Assembly (NCBI GenBank): GCA_927910745.1 | Contig: CAKMNX010000028.1 | Span: 11,653 to 75,652, forward strand | From: an uncultured Candidatus Saccharibacteria bacterium | Lineage (GTDB): Bacteria > Patescibacteriota > Saccharimonadia > Saccharimonadales > Saccharimonadaceae | DNA length: 64,000 nt | Direction of reading: 5' to 3' | Part shown: positions 31,545 to 41,276 of the stretch, in pieces | How positions within the stretch are numbered: the first letter of the stretch is position 1 | How the letters are laid out: each line of letters starts with the position of its first letter | Notes under the pieces: model-generated | Database searches by the model: none | Told to the model about the DNA's origin: nothing | Seen by the model: the letters and a program-made list of their open reading frames with translations, nothing else | Made by a program: the position numbers and the translations under genes

Positions 31545-32195
31545 ATGACAGGAACACTTATTATCAGCCGGCATGGCGAAAGCGAATGGAATTTACAAGG
31601 TAAATGGACAGGCTGGACGGACGTAAGCCTTACCGAAAAAGGTAAGAGCGATACGCGTCAACTCGGCGAGTTCTTGCGTGGTCGCACCATCGATGCGGTA
31701 TATACTTCGGCACTCAAACGGACACATGAGACACTTGATGCGTTGATGGAAGGTGCAGACAACCCAATCCGCTCAAGTGATGCCACGGTGGTGCACGCGT
31801 CTGAGCTTAACGAGCGTGACTATGGCGACCTAACTGGCAAGAACAAGTGGGAAGTCAAAGAAGAGATTGGCGAGAAGGCCTTTAATGGTATTCGGCGCGG
31901 CTGGGATTATCCTGTACCCGGTGGTGAGACGCTCAAGGATGTGTATGAGCGTTCGATCCCGTATTTTGAGTCAGAGATCTTACCACGGCTCCAGGCGGGC
32001 GAGACCGTATTGATTGTGGCGCATGGCAACACGATTCGTGCACTTATGAAGTACCTTGATCGAATCCCGGAGGAAGATATGGGTACAGTAGAGATGCCCT
32101 TTGGTCAATTACTTGTTTACACATTTGAGCCTGGCATGGCATATCCTACTGCGTGTGATGTGCTTAAAGCAGATATTGTACCGCCCAAGGCGTAA
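31545..32195 (+). CDS. gpmA: 2,3-bisphosphoglycerate-dependent phosphoglycerate mutase
   Basis: LIISRHGESEWN catalytic His motif, plus AHGNTIRAL. Confidence 0.85.
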   Translation: MTGTLIISRHGESEWNLQGKWTGWTDVSLTEKGKSDTRQLGEFLRGRTIDAVYTSALKRTHETLDALMEGADNPIRSSDATVVHASELNERDYGDLTGKNKWEVKEEIGEKAFNGIRRGWDYPVPGGETLKDVYERSIPYFESEILPRLQAGETVLIVAHGNTIRALMKYLDRIPEEDMGTVEMPFGQLLVYTFEPGMAYPTACDVLKADIVPPKA

Positions 32196-32329
32196 TTAAA
32201 TATTGCGATACGTTTTATAGCACACGAAGTTGATGCTTATGTGTGTTGCGTTTATATTTCTTGGATTGAACAACCGCAGGGTAGCCTTATACTTATGAGT
32301 GGGTACACTGGCTTTGATAGCAAGAACAG

Positions 32330-32359
32330 TAGACAAGCCGCCATATTGTGTGGTATGAT
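32330..32359 (+). promoter_or_regulatory. sigma70-like promoter for the tRNA-Pro pair
   Basis: -35 box tagaca, 18-nt spacer, and an extended -10 box (tgg tatgat). Confidence 0.4.
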
Positions 32360-32376
32360 GGCAAAGTCTTGTATCG

Positions 32377-32453
32377 CGGGGTGTGGCGCAGCTTGGTAGC
32401 GCGCACCGTTCGGGACGGTGAGGTCGCTGGTTCAAATCCAGTCACCCCGACCA
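32377..32453 (+). tRNA. tRNA-Pro (anticodon CGG)
   Basis: C1:G72 acceptor pair cggggtg/caccccg, anticodon loop ttcggga, and an encoded CCA. Confidence 0.85.
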
Positions 32454-32500
32454 TGTTTTGCTCCGGCAAAGAATGGTCGCCCGTGTGATATAAAACGTAT

Positions 32501-32576
32501 CGGGGTGTGGCGCAGTTGATAGCGCGCGCGGTTTGGGACCGCGAGGTCGCTGGTTTGAGTCCAGTCACCCCGACCA
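32501..32576 (+). tRNA. tRNA-Pro (anticodon UGG)
   Basis: Same acceptor stem as the first tRNA-Pro, anticodon loop tttggga, and an encoded CCA. Confidence 0.85.
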
Positions 32577-32592
32577 TATTTGTGAATTGTTT

Positions 32593-32623
32593 GATCTGGC
32601 TTGCGTGGCCAGATCATTTTTAA
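32593..32623 (+). terminator. rho-independent terminator after tRNA-Pro
   Basis: Hairpin gatctggc-ttgcgtg-gccagatc followed by atttttaa. Confidence 0.55.
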
Positions 32624-32896
32624 TAGATGTACGATGTTTAATCTGAATAGGAGATGTGGGTTGAGCTATCTTGACTAAACTGAATATCTTCCCGTGTACT
32701 ATAGAACGCGGCGTTTTGTTACAGTGACGTCGACTGAGATAGGAACGATGAGATCGCATGAGTTTACAGAATATAGAGTGAAATAGGAGAAAGCAAAGAA
32801 AAAACTAAAGAATAATCACCCCAAATAAAATCCTGTTGACGAATATTATAAATCTAACTTATAATAAGTACACATACAATAAAAGGAGAAAGTATA

Positions 32897-33286
32897 ATGG
32901 AATTTAGCTTTAGTTTAAAAATCAAAGCAGGAAAAGAAGATGTGTGGGAATACTATGCAAATATCGAAAAATGGTATGATTGGGAAGAGGATCTCAAAAA
33001 CATTACATTAAAAGATGGATTTAAGACTGGCTCATATGGAACGATGGAACTTGAGGGAATGCCTCCTATGGAATATCAACTTACTCGTGTGAAGCCTTTT
33101 GAAGAATTTTGGGATAAAACAGAAACTCCGTTTGGTGATGTTCTTTTCGGTCATCAGATTGTTGATAACAATGACGGAAGCGTTAATATAAAACATACGG
33201 TAGCTCTCGATAGTGAGGATAAGCAGCATTTGGAGTTTTTTAAGTCAGGTTTTTTCAGATGTTCCTCAGTCTATTGTTTATTCTAA
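32897..33286 (+). CDS. SRPBCC (Bet v1/polyketide-cyclase-like) family protein
   Basis: RBS aaaggagaaag precedes the ATG. 129-aa AT-rich ORF. The fold assignment is tentative. Confidence 0.4.
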   Translation: MEFSFSLKIKAGKEDVWEYYANIEKWYDWEEDLKNITLKDGFKTGSYGTMELEGMPPMEYQLTRVKPFEEFWDKTETPFGDVLFGHQIVDNNDGSVNIKHTVALDSEDKQHLEFFKSGFFRCSSVYCLF

Positions 33287-33372
33287 AAAGTTGTTTAGAA
33301 CGATAAGGTGGTTGCTGTTTGTTTACGTCAAAGTATAAAGATAATTCAGAAAAATCAACAGGATTGCTGTTT

Positions 33373-33762
33373 ATGAGAGTGTATAATAAATGGCACTTTC
33401 TGACAAAAAAGGAGTTAAAGAGAATAAATCTGACGCACCCTCAATTTGTTGTTTTAGCGTCTCTTGCGTATCTATCACAAAATGGCGACGAAGTTACACA
33501 AGTTATGATTTCAAAACTCTCAGGAATAGACGTAATGACGGTATCTCAAATATTGAGTTTGTTGGAAAAGCATGATTTTGTAAAAAGAAAAGAACATTCA
33601 AGAGACACAAGAGCAAAGGCTGTTACTGTGAATAAAAAAGGAGAAGAAGTATTGCAAAAAGCTGTTCCGTTAATTGAGCAGATTGATGAATTATTCTTTG
33701 GAAAGTTGGCTAGTGACGAAGAGCAATTTAAACACTTTCTTAGTAGATTAAATGAAAAATAA
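33373..33762 (+). CDS. MarR family transcriptional regulator
   Basis: Winged helix-turn-helix: LTHPQFVVLASLAYL...ISKLSGIDVMTVSQILSLLEKHDFVKR...DTRAKAVTV. Confidence 0.7.
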   Translation: MRVYNKWHFLTKKELKRINLTHPQFVVLASLAYLSQNGDEVTQVMISKLSGIDVMTVSQILSLLEKHDFVKRKEHSRDTRAKAVTVNKKGEEVLQKAVPLIEQIDELFFGKLASDEEQFKHFLSRLNEK

Positions 33763-33824
33763 AATGTAGTAGAATTACGCACCATAGCATCAGTTTATGC
33801 TGTCGTGTATAATGACCAGTAGTT

Positions 33825-34478
33825 ATGGTAGCGCAGTCTTCTCATCCAGCAAAGTCGAAGGAGCAGCCCAAGCAGCCACAGCCGCGGCGGTTTGCGCTTT
33901 TGGTGACGCATTTATGCGCGTCGATGGGGTATCTCTTTTGCTTGCTGCTGTGGGTGTGGTGTGCAATGCAGCTGCTTTACCCATATATCACGCGAGATAA
34001 GGCGCTTTGGGTTATACCGGAGCCGCACGGCCAGCCAGAGATCACGCTTCCACAGGGCATGCCTTCAGGGGCGGACTTGCCGCAGCCAGTAGCGATTGCA
34101 CTCGTGGCAATCATCACCATCGTTATGATTGGGTGTGGCCTCTATATGCTGGTCATGCTACCGCGCAATATAGCTAAAATAGGCGAGCGCGTAGTAAAAA
34201 AGACAACGAAAGCAGTTGCACCCTTAGCGACGAAAACCCACCAGCCAGTGAGCAAGAAGCGGCGCACCATCCTCAATACGCGCATTGCGGCAGGCATTAA
34301 GGCGCTGGCTTGTGTCGTGCCGGTGATTGTCCTAATGATCTGGCCAGGTGCGGCACCACTGTCGCAGCATGTGGTACGGATCGTTGCAGTGTTTTGTGCA
34401 GGCATGGCATCCTTGAGCTTCTTGCTCCAGTATGCGCTAGCACGGATGCTTGGCGTGCCTGATACACTCCTCAAGTAA
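33825..34478 (+). CDS. hypothetical membrane protein
   Basis: Four predicted TM helices. No recognisable family. Confidence 0.4.
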   Translation: MVAQSSHPAKSKEQPKQPQPRRFALLVTHLCASMGYLFCLLLWVWCAMQLLYPYITRDKALWVIPEPHGQPEITLPQGMPSGADLPQPVAIALVAIITIVMIGCGLYMLVMLPRNIAKIGERVVKKTTKAVAPLATKTHQPVSKKRRTILNTRIAAGIKALACVVPVIVLMIWPGAAPLSQHVVRIVAVFCAGMASLSFLLQYALARMLGVPDTLLK

Positions 34479-34500
34479 TTATTATCTTCTCCTGATATAA

Positions 34501-34529
34501 CAATACCTCTGCTCTTGGCAGAGGTATTG
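34501..34529. terminator. bidirectional terminator
   Basis: 12-bp perfect inverted repeat caatacctctgc/gcagaggtattg. Confidence 0.5.
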
Positions 34530-34541
34530 TGCATTTGAGTG

Positions 34542-34781
34542 CTATCCTTGCGGCGGGAAGGGATCCTTCTTGGGCGGGACGGTATCGGCATCGCGATACT
34601 GGGCGGTGCCGTCGGCGCGCTGGATCCTGAGCTCACCACCACCGTGTTGGCGCATGTAGCGCCTGGTTTGGTCGATGACTTCCTCCTGAGTCGTGCCCAC
34701 AAAGTGGACGCGGCCAGTGCCGTCGGCGACTGCTTGGTAGCCTTTGAGTTTGTTACCGCTAATCGTAAAATTTTGTGCCAT
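34542..34781 (-). CDS. DUF2188 family protein
   Basis: RBS GGAG precedes the ATG. ...YQAVADGTGRVHFVGTTQEEVIDQTRRY...ELRIQRADG matches the DUF2188 consensus. Confidence 0.55.
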   Translation of the reverse strand: MAQNFTISGNKLKGYQAVADGTGRVHFVGTTQEEVIDQTRRYMRQHGGGELRIQRADGTAQYRDADTVPPKKDPFPPQG

Positions 34782-35099
34782 GGAGTACTCCTCGTGCGGC
34801 TTTAACGATATTGGTATGCAAGGTGCCAACCCTGCCTCCTTCTAGCCTAATACAAGATTGCTGATGAGGCAAATTGGTGCTACGAGAGAATAACGAATTG
34901 AAGTTATTTAAAGTAGGAAAATAATGACTTGATATATCATGATTAGGATTAATGGTGATATATGAGTGCCTCTATGTAGCAGAAGTGTAGCATATAACAC
35001 TAGTGGCTCATACTGATAGGTAAAATCGCTATGACATATATGCGATACGGCCAAAGTGTGCTATAAATATAAGCATAAGAGTATTTCGGAGGGGAAATA

Positions 35100-37067
35100 A
35101 TGAAACGATGGGGATTGAGCGTCGTGCTGCTATGCGGTGCACTCTATGGGCTCGCGATAGCTCCGCCAGTGCGGGCGAATACGTCGCTGTGTGGTACAAA
35201 TGATCAGCTGTTCAGAGCGGTGCGTCGGCCACTAGCGACTGACTCAGCACCAGCAGCGCGTGCGATGGCATGGCTCAAACAGATGATGGAGCCAAAGCAT
35301 AGCCCAGGTGATGGTAGTACCATCACGCCAGCACAAGCCTATGGCTTTGACTACCAAGCAAAGGTGAGCGGGCGCTTTACGCTTGCGCACCCACGACAAA
35401 CAGAAAGTGCGACACCGCTCACGGTTCCTAATACTGCGCATGCCGCCGAAGGTTACCGCGGCATAGTAAAAGGAACAGCACCAACTGGGGCTAATCCACG
35501 TGAAGTGCGGGCCTATCTCTACAGTGATGCTGAATATGAGCAAGCGACCGTTGCGCCAGCAGTGGTACAGCCAGATGGCACATGGACGCTCGATCTCTCA
35601 CCTGTCAATCCGGCATTTGCGGGGTCATGGCACTTCCGGTTATATGACAAAGTGACGGGGCAGCAGATTGGCGAGAGCTGGCCGCGACCTGTTACGTATA
35701 AGAATCTGGAGGTGCAGCTCTACGCGGTATCTGATAAAGAATATCTCCAAGCCACGCAGCCAGCCCAGGCAGATAATACCTTTAGTTTCGATGCAGTAGG
35801 TAAGGGGCATAAATTAATTCGCCTCTATGATACAGCAACTAAAACTATCATTGCTGAGTATTTCAAGCCAGAGCTGGTGGGGCTGATTCGCTCGTATGAG
35901 TATGCGCCAGGCCAAGATGGCTATGGTACACCGCGTGAGTCGTACAGCTATGTGTATGATCAGTCGCTGGCGCTACTCGTGGCGATTGGTGCGGATGATC
36001 GAACAATGGCGGATAAGCTCGTGCATGGCCTAAGCGCAATCCAAGTCAAGATAGGTGAGCAGAAGGGGGCGTTTCCGGCAAGTGCACATCAGCTTGATTA
36101 TACAGTAATCCAGCAGCCGATTTATTATACTGGTGGTATCGCCTTCGTGCAGTATGCGCTCATCCGCTATATGGAAAAATATGGTGACCAGCAAGGGGTG
36201 CGCCAGATGATTCTCGATACCTTCCGTTGGCTTGAGACAATGAAGACGACGACTGGCGATGCTGCCGGGTTATTCCGTGGCGGGGTGAAGATTGATAATG
36301 GCGTCAAGAAGGATATTGCATGGCATGCCACCGAGCACAACACTGACATGTGGCATGTGTACGAGCGAGCAGCCCGCGTGCTGGGTGATAAGCAGTATGC
36401 CCAGAAGGCAGACGAACTTGCCAAAGTGACAGTAGCGAAACTATGGAATACCTCTGAAGGGCGCTTTAACCAAGGGTATAACGACAGTAGTAAGGCGCTC
36501 GATACAACAAGCTGGGGTGCGATTTTCCTCAATGCGATTGGTGAATACGACAAAGCTAAGCAAGCACTCGCTCATACTGCCATCTACAAAACAACCGATG
36601 GTGCGGCAAAAGGCTATACACCGTATTTGACAGGTAATTACGTGCCAACCGTATGGTTTGAAGGGACGTATGGTGTAGCACAGGCGCATACTATCGCTGG
36701 GGACACGGCCACAGCACGGGCGATCTTGGCAGACACGTACCCAGCGCAGCGGCCCAATGGTGCATGGCAGTACGCGTCTAAGGCCGATCTGCTAAATGAA
36801 CTAACTAATGCAAACTCAGTGGCATCGACAGCGTGGTATATGTTGGCGGCTAGCTACCCAGAAGCGATTTGGTCGGAGTGCCGCGCGGCACTGGCGACAA
36901 ATCCACTCGATCCAAATAAACCCAACCAGCCCACTCAGCTAGCCAAGCCAAGCCAATTCCACGGCCTCTTAGCCGATACCGGCATATCGCTCTGGCAGTT
37001 TGTTCTTGTGACAGCGGCGTTGCTTGCTGGTGGGGTGCTACTGGCGCACTATGTGCGACGCGCATAA
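35100..37067 (+). CDS. secreted cell-wall-anchored protein with LAXTG-type sorting signal (LADTG), possible glycoside-hydrolase-like alpha/alpha barrel
   Basis: RBS ggagggg and a signal peptide. The C-terminus reads LADTG, then a hydrophobic helix, then RRA. That is a class E sortase-type sorting signal. Confidence 0.55.
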   Translation: MKRWGLSVVLLCGALYGLAIAPPVRANTSLCGTNDQLFRAVRRPLATDSAPAARAMAWLKQMMEPKHSPGDGSTITPAQAYGFDYQAKVSGRFTLAHPRQTESATPLTVPNTAHAAEGYRGIVKGTAPTGANPREVRAYLYSDAEYEQATVAPAVVQPDGTWTLDLSPVNPAFAGSWHFRLYDKVTGQQIGESWPRPVTYKNLEVQLYAVSDKEYLQATQPAQADNTFSFDAVGKGHKLIRLYDTATKTIIAEYFKPELVGLIRSYEYAPGQDGYGTPRESYSYVYDQSLALLVAIGADDRTMADKLVHGLSAIQVKIGEQKGAFPASAHQLDYTVIQQPIYYTGGIAFVQYALIRYMEKYGDQQGVRQMILDTFRWLETMKTTTGDAAGLFRGGVKIDNGVKKDIAWHATEHNTDMWHVYERAARVLGDKQYAQKADELAKVTVAKLWNTSEGRFNQGYNDSSKALDTTSWGAIFLNAIGEYDKAKQALAHTAIYKTTDGAAKGYTPYLTGNYVPTVWFEGTYGVAQAHTIAGDTATARAILADTYPAQRPNGAWQYASKADLLNELTNANSVASTAWYMLAASYPEAIWSECRAALATNPLDPNKPNQPTQLAKPSQFHGLLADTGISLWQFVLVTAALLAGGVLLAHYVRRA

Positions 37068-37073
37068 CAGTCA

Positions 37074-37847
37074 CTACTTCAACCCACGAAAAGTACTTGA
37101 TTTGACGTTATCATACATCGCGTTGTCTTGAAGGAGTTTCTTCATCGTTTTCACATCGTCGGGCTGTCCTGCCACGAGATATTGAGCCTTGTTGCCATGT
37201 CTATCAATCGCCTGCTTGAAGCGTTCTTGGCTTTGAGAAAGGCTAGCACTGGTCTCATAAGTCATATTGGCTGTTTTGTTTGCTAGCTCTGAGAGTTCCT
37301 TGTCAAAGACCGTTACCCCCTTGTCTAGGTGATAGAGCATGATAGGACGTTTACCGGCCCACTGCCTGACAATTGGTCGCATTGCTGAGATACCGACATC
37401 AGACGCGAAGCAAACCAGCGGCTCGTTACCGTCTGTAACTGACAAAGAAGATTCCAGCCAACTCATCTTGACCTGACTACCTGCTGGTAGGCTCGTCAAA
37501 GCTTTTTTATAAGGACTACCGCTATTGTGGGTTAGGATAATAATTTCATTATCCTCAGGACTAGAGGCGATACTCAGCCAACGACTTGTCTGTTCATCCT
37601 TATGATCATTCTTTTCACCACCAGATGCCGTACTGGGTAGCGTGATCTTGGCATAAGAGCCCGCCTTCCATGTCATAGTATCAGGCTTTGCCAGGCGAAT
37701 GACATGAAGGTCTCCACTAGGGTTTTCGATGGATTTGACCGATAACGTTTGGCCTCTCCCTAAGTAGGCGATGATGCCCCAAGTAATAATGCCTATAACC
37801 ACAAGAATAGCTATAACGATGATAACCATTTTTTTACCCCTTTTCAT
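37074..37847 (-). CDS. membrane-anchored FNR-like FAD/NAD(P)-binding oxidoreductase
   Basis: N-terminal TM helix. RWLSIASSP resembles the RxYS FAD-binding motif of ferredoxin-NADP reductase-like proteins. Confidence 0.4.
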   Translation of the reverse strand: MKRGKKMVIIVIAILVVIGIITWGIIAYLGRGQTLSVKSIENPSGDLHVIRLAKPDTMTWKAGSYAKITLPSTASGGEKNDHKDEQTSRWLSIASSPEDNEIIILTHNSGSPYKKALTSLPAGSQVKMSWLESSLSVTDGNEPLVCFASDVGISAMRPIVRQWAGKRPIMLYHLDKGVTVFDKELSELANKTANMTYETSASLSQSQERFKQAIDRHGNKAQYLVAGQPDDVKTMKKLLQDNAMYDNVKSSTFRGLK

Positions 37848-38427
37848 TATGTAAAACACCCCTCGCAAAGGTAGTGGCAAGTACTTCTAGCGTCCTACCG
37901 ATACCCGGAAAATCGCCTTCGGTAATATGTATATCCATGTAGTAAAACAAATTATAAACCTGTAAAATATCCTGAATTTTTTCCTCTGAATATCCTTCTG
38001 CCACCATACGATTAGTAAAGGTTTCGACCAAAAACTGATGAAAGGTATTGGTGGCTTTACCTTTGCCCGAAGAATAGTGGCTGCGCAGCGTGCGAGAGAT
38101 GGCTGGGTTATGCCATTCCGCCAGGATTTTATTGGATGAAACCAGGCTACGTGACTGTTCAAAAATCTGCCTCACAAGTTCAACCAAGTCCTGCTGCCAA
38201 TCGATATCATCCATCATCGCCTGGCGAACGCGGCTATTCTCCTCAACGTACACATCCAGGAAGATAGCTTCCTTGCTGTCGTAGTAGTTGTAAAAAGAAC
38301 CAACTGCTACGCCAGCTTGTTTAGCGATTTCTGAGATCCCGGCCTCTTTATAACCCTTTTTTGAGAAGACATCATAGGCGGCCGTTTTTAATGCTTGCTT
38401 CTTGTCCAATGCTCGTAACTCTCTCAT
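37834..38427 (-). CDS. TetR/AcrR family transcriptional regulator
   Basis: HTH region ...AAYDVFSKKGYKEAGISEIAKQAGVAVGSFYNYYDSKEAIF. Confidence 0.75.
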   Translation of the reverse strand: MRELRALDKKQALKTAAYDVFSKKGYKEAGISEIAKQAGVAVGSFYNYYDSKEAIFLDVYVEENSRVRQAMMDDIDWQQDLVELVRQIFEQSRSLVSSNKILAEWHNPAISRTLRSHYSSGKGKATNTFHQFLVETFTNRMVAEGYSEEKIQDILQVYNLFYYMDIHITEGDFPGIGRTLEVLATTFARGVLHNEKG

Positions 38428-38559
38428 TAATAATATTCTGAATGAATAAATTTTTATATTCATTCATATTATATGAAAACAACAAGAAGGCTGTCAATAG
38501 AGGGATCTGCTTGATTATTCTTTTCGATTGTCAACCCGATTGACGAGGCTATCTAATTG

Positions 38560-39189
38560 TCATTGGCTCTGTACCTTATCCACCAGCTTCGTTAGCTTCA
38601 CGCCATCGTACATCCAGTGGTCGGCGCCGCGGTATGCGCCGGAGTTGTTGACTTCGCCGCGCTGGGTGTAGATCAGGCGGGTGAGGGCAGATAGACGCCA
38701 GGTTTTGCCGCCGTAGGATGCTTCGCGTGGGCCGGCTACAACGGCGGTGATAGCTGGGTCTTTGATGAAGCAGATGGTTGCGCCCTTTTCGATACCTTTT
38801 TTGTAAAAGCTAAAGCGCTGGTCTTGCTGGTGCGCGGTGGTAACGGCCTCGAACGAATCGGCTTTGCTGGTGGATTGAGCTGGCTTGGGGTAAATCTGCG
38901 TGCCATCAAGGGCGAGCAGCAGCCGCTGGATAAGATATTCATCGAGCGCAAAGAATTCGCTCCGGCCAATGCGGTGTTTGCTAAAGACTTCGTGCAGAAG
39001 CTGCTCCTTTTTGTGGTAATTATCTACCTCAATAGCAACCAGCCGCTGCAGCCCAGTAATATTAGAATAGCCGTTGGATTCGAGGTATTGCATACGCGCC
39101 TCGAAGCGGTCGGTGCTGGTCTTGCCAATCTTGACCAAGCCATCAATGGCACTGGTCATAACATAAATCACTCCGCGTGGCTCGGACAT
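38560..39189 (-). CDS. T5orf172 (GIY-YIG-like) + DUF4357 domain protein
   Basis: [20 protein letters not shown]...RMQYL is the T5orf172/MUG113 signature. It is followed by the conserved C-terminal domain usually paired with it near R-M loci. Confidence 0.5.
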   Translation of the reverse strand: MSEPRGVIYVMTSAIDGLVKIGKTSTDRFEARMQYLESNGYSNITGLQRLVAIEVDNYHKKEQLLHEVFSKHRIGRSEFFALDEYLIQRLLLALDGTQIYPKPAQSTSKADSFEAVTTAHQQDQRFSFYKKGIEKGATICFIKDPAITAVVAGPREASYGGKTWRLSALTRLIYTQRGEVNNSGAYRGADHWMYDGVKLTKLVDKVQSQ

Positions 39190-39290
39190 GGTTTTATTGT
39201 AGCAGACTGTGGGGTGGGGGAACAACCGACGACGATAAGGTGCTCAAACCAGCCTCGTTAATCAGGCTTGCTTGCAGTATAATGAGGGGC

Positions 39291-40876
39291 ATGACAACAG
39301 GGGATAATCGTAAAGAACAAGAACGCAGCAAGCTTCACAATACTATTTGGAAGATTGCCAATGACCTGCGCGGATCAGTCGACGGCTGGGACTTTAAGTC
39401 GTATGTGCTAGGCTTCTTATTTTACCGGTTTATATCGGAAAATCTAGTCAATTATATTAATGCTGAAGAGCGTAAAACTGGTGTGGCTGATTTTAATTAT
39501 GCTGAACTGAGCGATGATCAGGCGGAGTTTGGTCGTGAGGATACAGTAAACGACAAAGGATTTTATATTTTACCAAGCGAGCTGTTTGAGAATGTCCGTA
39601 AGCGCGCCAAAAATGACGAAAATTTGAACGAAACACTCAGTAAAATATTCCGTAACATTGAGCAATCAGCCAAAGGTTTTGAGAGTGAGGATGATTTTCG
39701 CGGGTTGTTTGACGACTTGGACGTTAATAGCAATAAACTTGGTCCGACCGTCGCCAGGCGCAATGAGCGATTAGTGAAATTGATGAACGCCATTAGTGAA
39801 TTAGAGCTCGGTAAGTTTGAGGACAATACGATTGACGCTTTTGGCGACGCATATGAGTATCTGATGACCATGTATGCCGGTAATGCTGGCAAATCCGGAG
39901 GTGAGTTCTTCACGCCGCAAGAAGTGAGCGAACTTTTGGCAAAAATTACTGTTGTTGGCAAAACCTCGGTAAACAAAGTGTATGACCCGGCAGCAGGCTC
40001 CGGTTCATTGCTGCTAAAATTTGCGAAAGTCTTGGGCAAGGATAATGTCAGGCAAGGCTTTTACGGGCAAGAGATTAACATCACAACCTATAATCTTTGC
40101 CGTATCAACATGTTCCTGCATGACATTAATTATGAAAAATTTAACATTGCTCACGGCGATACGCTGAAGGATCCGAAGCACTGGGATGATGAGCCGTTTG
40201 ATGCGATTGTCTCAAATCCGCCATATAGTATCAATGGGACGGCGATAGCAACCCGATGCTCATTAACGATCCGCGCTTCAGCCCGGCTGGAGTATTGGCG
40301 CCGCGCAGTAAGGCTGATTTAGCATTCACAATGCATATGTTGAGCTGGCTCAGCGAGAGCGGTACGGCAGCGATTGTTGAATTTCCTGGTGCACTATATC
40401 GCGGTGGGGCTGAGGTAAAAATTCGCAAATACCTGGTAGATAGTAATTATGTTGATACCGTCATCCAATTGCCGCCAGATTTGTTCTTTGGTACGACAAT
40501 TAGCACCTGTATTCTTGTTTTGAAAAAGAGCAGGGCGATGAACGATATATTATTTATCGATGCCAGCGCTGAGTTTGTGCGAAAAGGCAATAAGAACAAG
40601 TTGAGCGAGGAAAATCGTCAGAAGATCCTGGACAGTTTCACTGATCGGCAAAATATCGACTACTTTGCGAAAGTTGCTACTTATGAAGATGTCGCCGCCA
40701 ATGACTACAACCTATCAGTTAGTTTGTATGTTGAGGCGGAAGATACACAAGAAGTAATTGATATCACTGAGCTCAATGCTGACATTGCAAAGATCGTAGC
40801 TCGCCAGTCGGAACTACGGACGGAAATTGACGCTATAGTTGCAGATCTCGAAAAGGATAATAATAGTGCAAGATAA
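39291..40876 (+). pseudogene. hsdM: type I R-M DNA methyltransferase subunit HsdM, interrupted by a 1-nt deletion at about 40233-40236
   Basis: HsdM N-terminal domain, AdoMet motif ([10 protein letters not shown]) and NPPYS motif. After NPPYS the frame fails. Inserting one base restores [23 protein letters not shown]..., which continues as ORF 40256-40876. Confidence 0.8.
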
Positions 40877-41213
40877 CGGTAATATCGTTGTATATGCTGA
40901 CGATAACGGCAAGCCGCAAGTTGATGTTCGGTTTCAGGATGAGACGGTTTGGCTGACGCAAGCGCAACTGGTTGAGTTATATCAGTCGAGTAAAGCTAAC
41001 GTTAGCGAGCATATAAAAAATATCTTTGACGAGGGTGAACTTGACCGCGCAGCAACTATCCGGAAATTCCGAACAGTTCGAACTGAGGGTGATCGTCAGG
41101 TAGAACGTGAATTAGAATACTATAATCTCGACACTTGCAAACTGAGTACCAAGCAGGCTAAAGAAAAAATGCTAGCTGGGTATCGTAAGTATAAGGCGAA
41201 AAAACTTGAGTAG
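40866..41213 (+). CDS. RhuM-family (COG3943) protein, N-terminal fragment only
   Basis: GTG start overlaps the hsdM stop. IVVYADDNGKPQVDVRFQDETVWLTQAQLVELYQSSKANVSEHIKNIFDEGEL matches the RhuM N-terminus. The ORF stops after 115 aa, so it is truncated. Confidence 0.55.
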   Translation: MQDNGNIVVYADDNGKPQVDVRFQDETVWLTQAQLVELYQSSKANVSEHIKNIFDEGELDRAATIRKFRTVRTEGDRQVERELEYYNLDTCKLSTKQAKEKMLAGYRKYKAKKLE

Positions 41214-41276
41214 CGTGGAAGAGGATTATCTGGAGAATATTAAGAAAACAGCTAAAAAGTTGAAAGGTAAAATAAA

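Noticed and set aside
32293-32617. Minus-strand ORFs (94 aa and 61 aa) overlapping the two tRNA-Pro genes
   Set aside because: They overlap well-folding tRNA genes and have no protein-like features. They are spurious.
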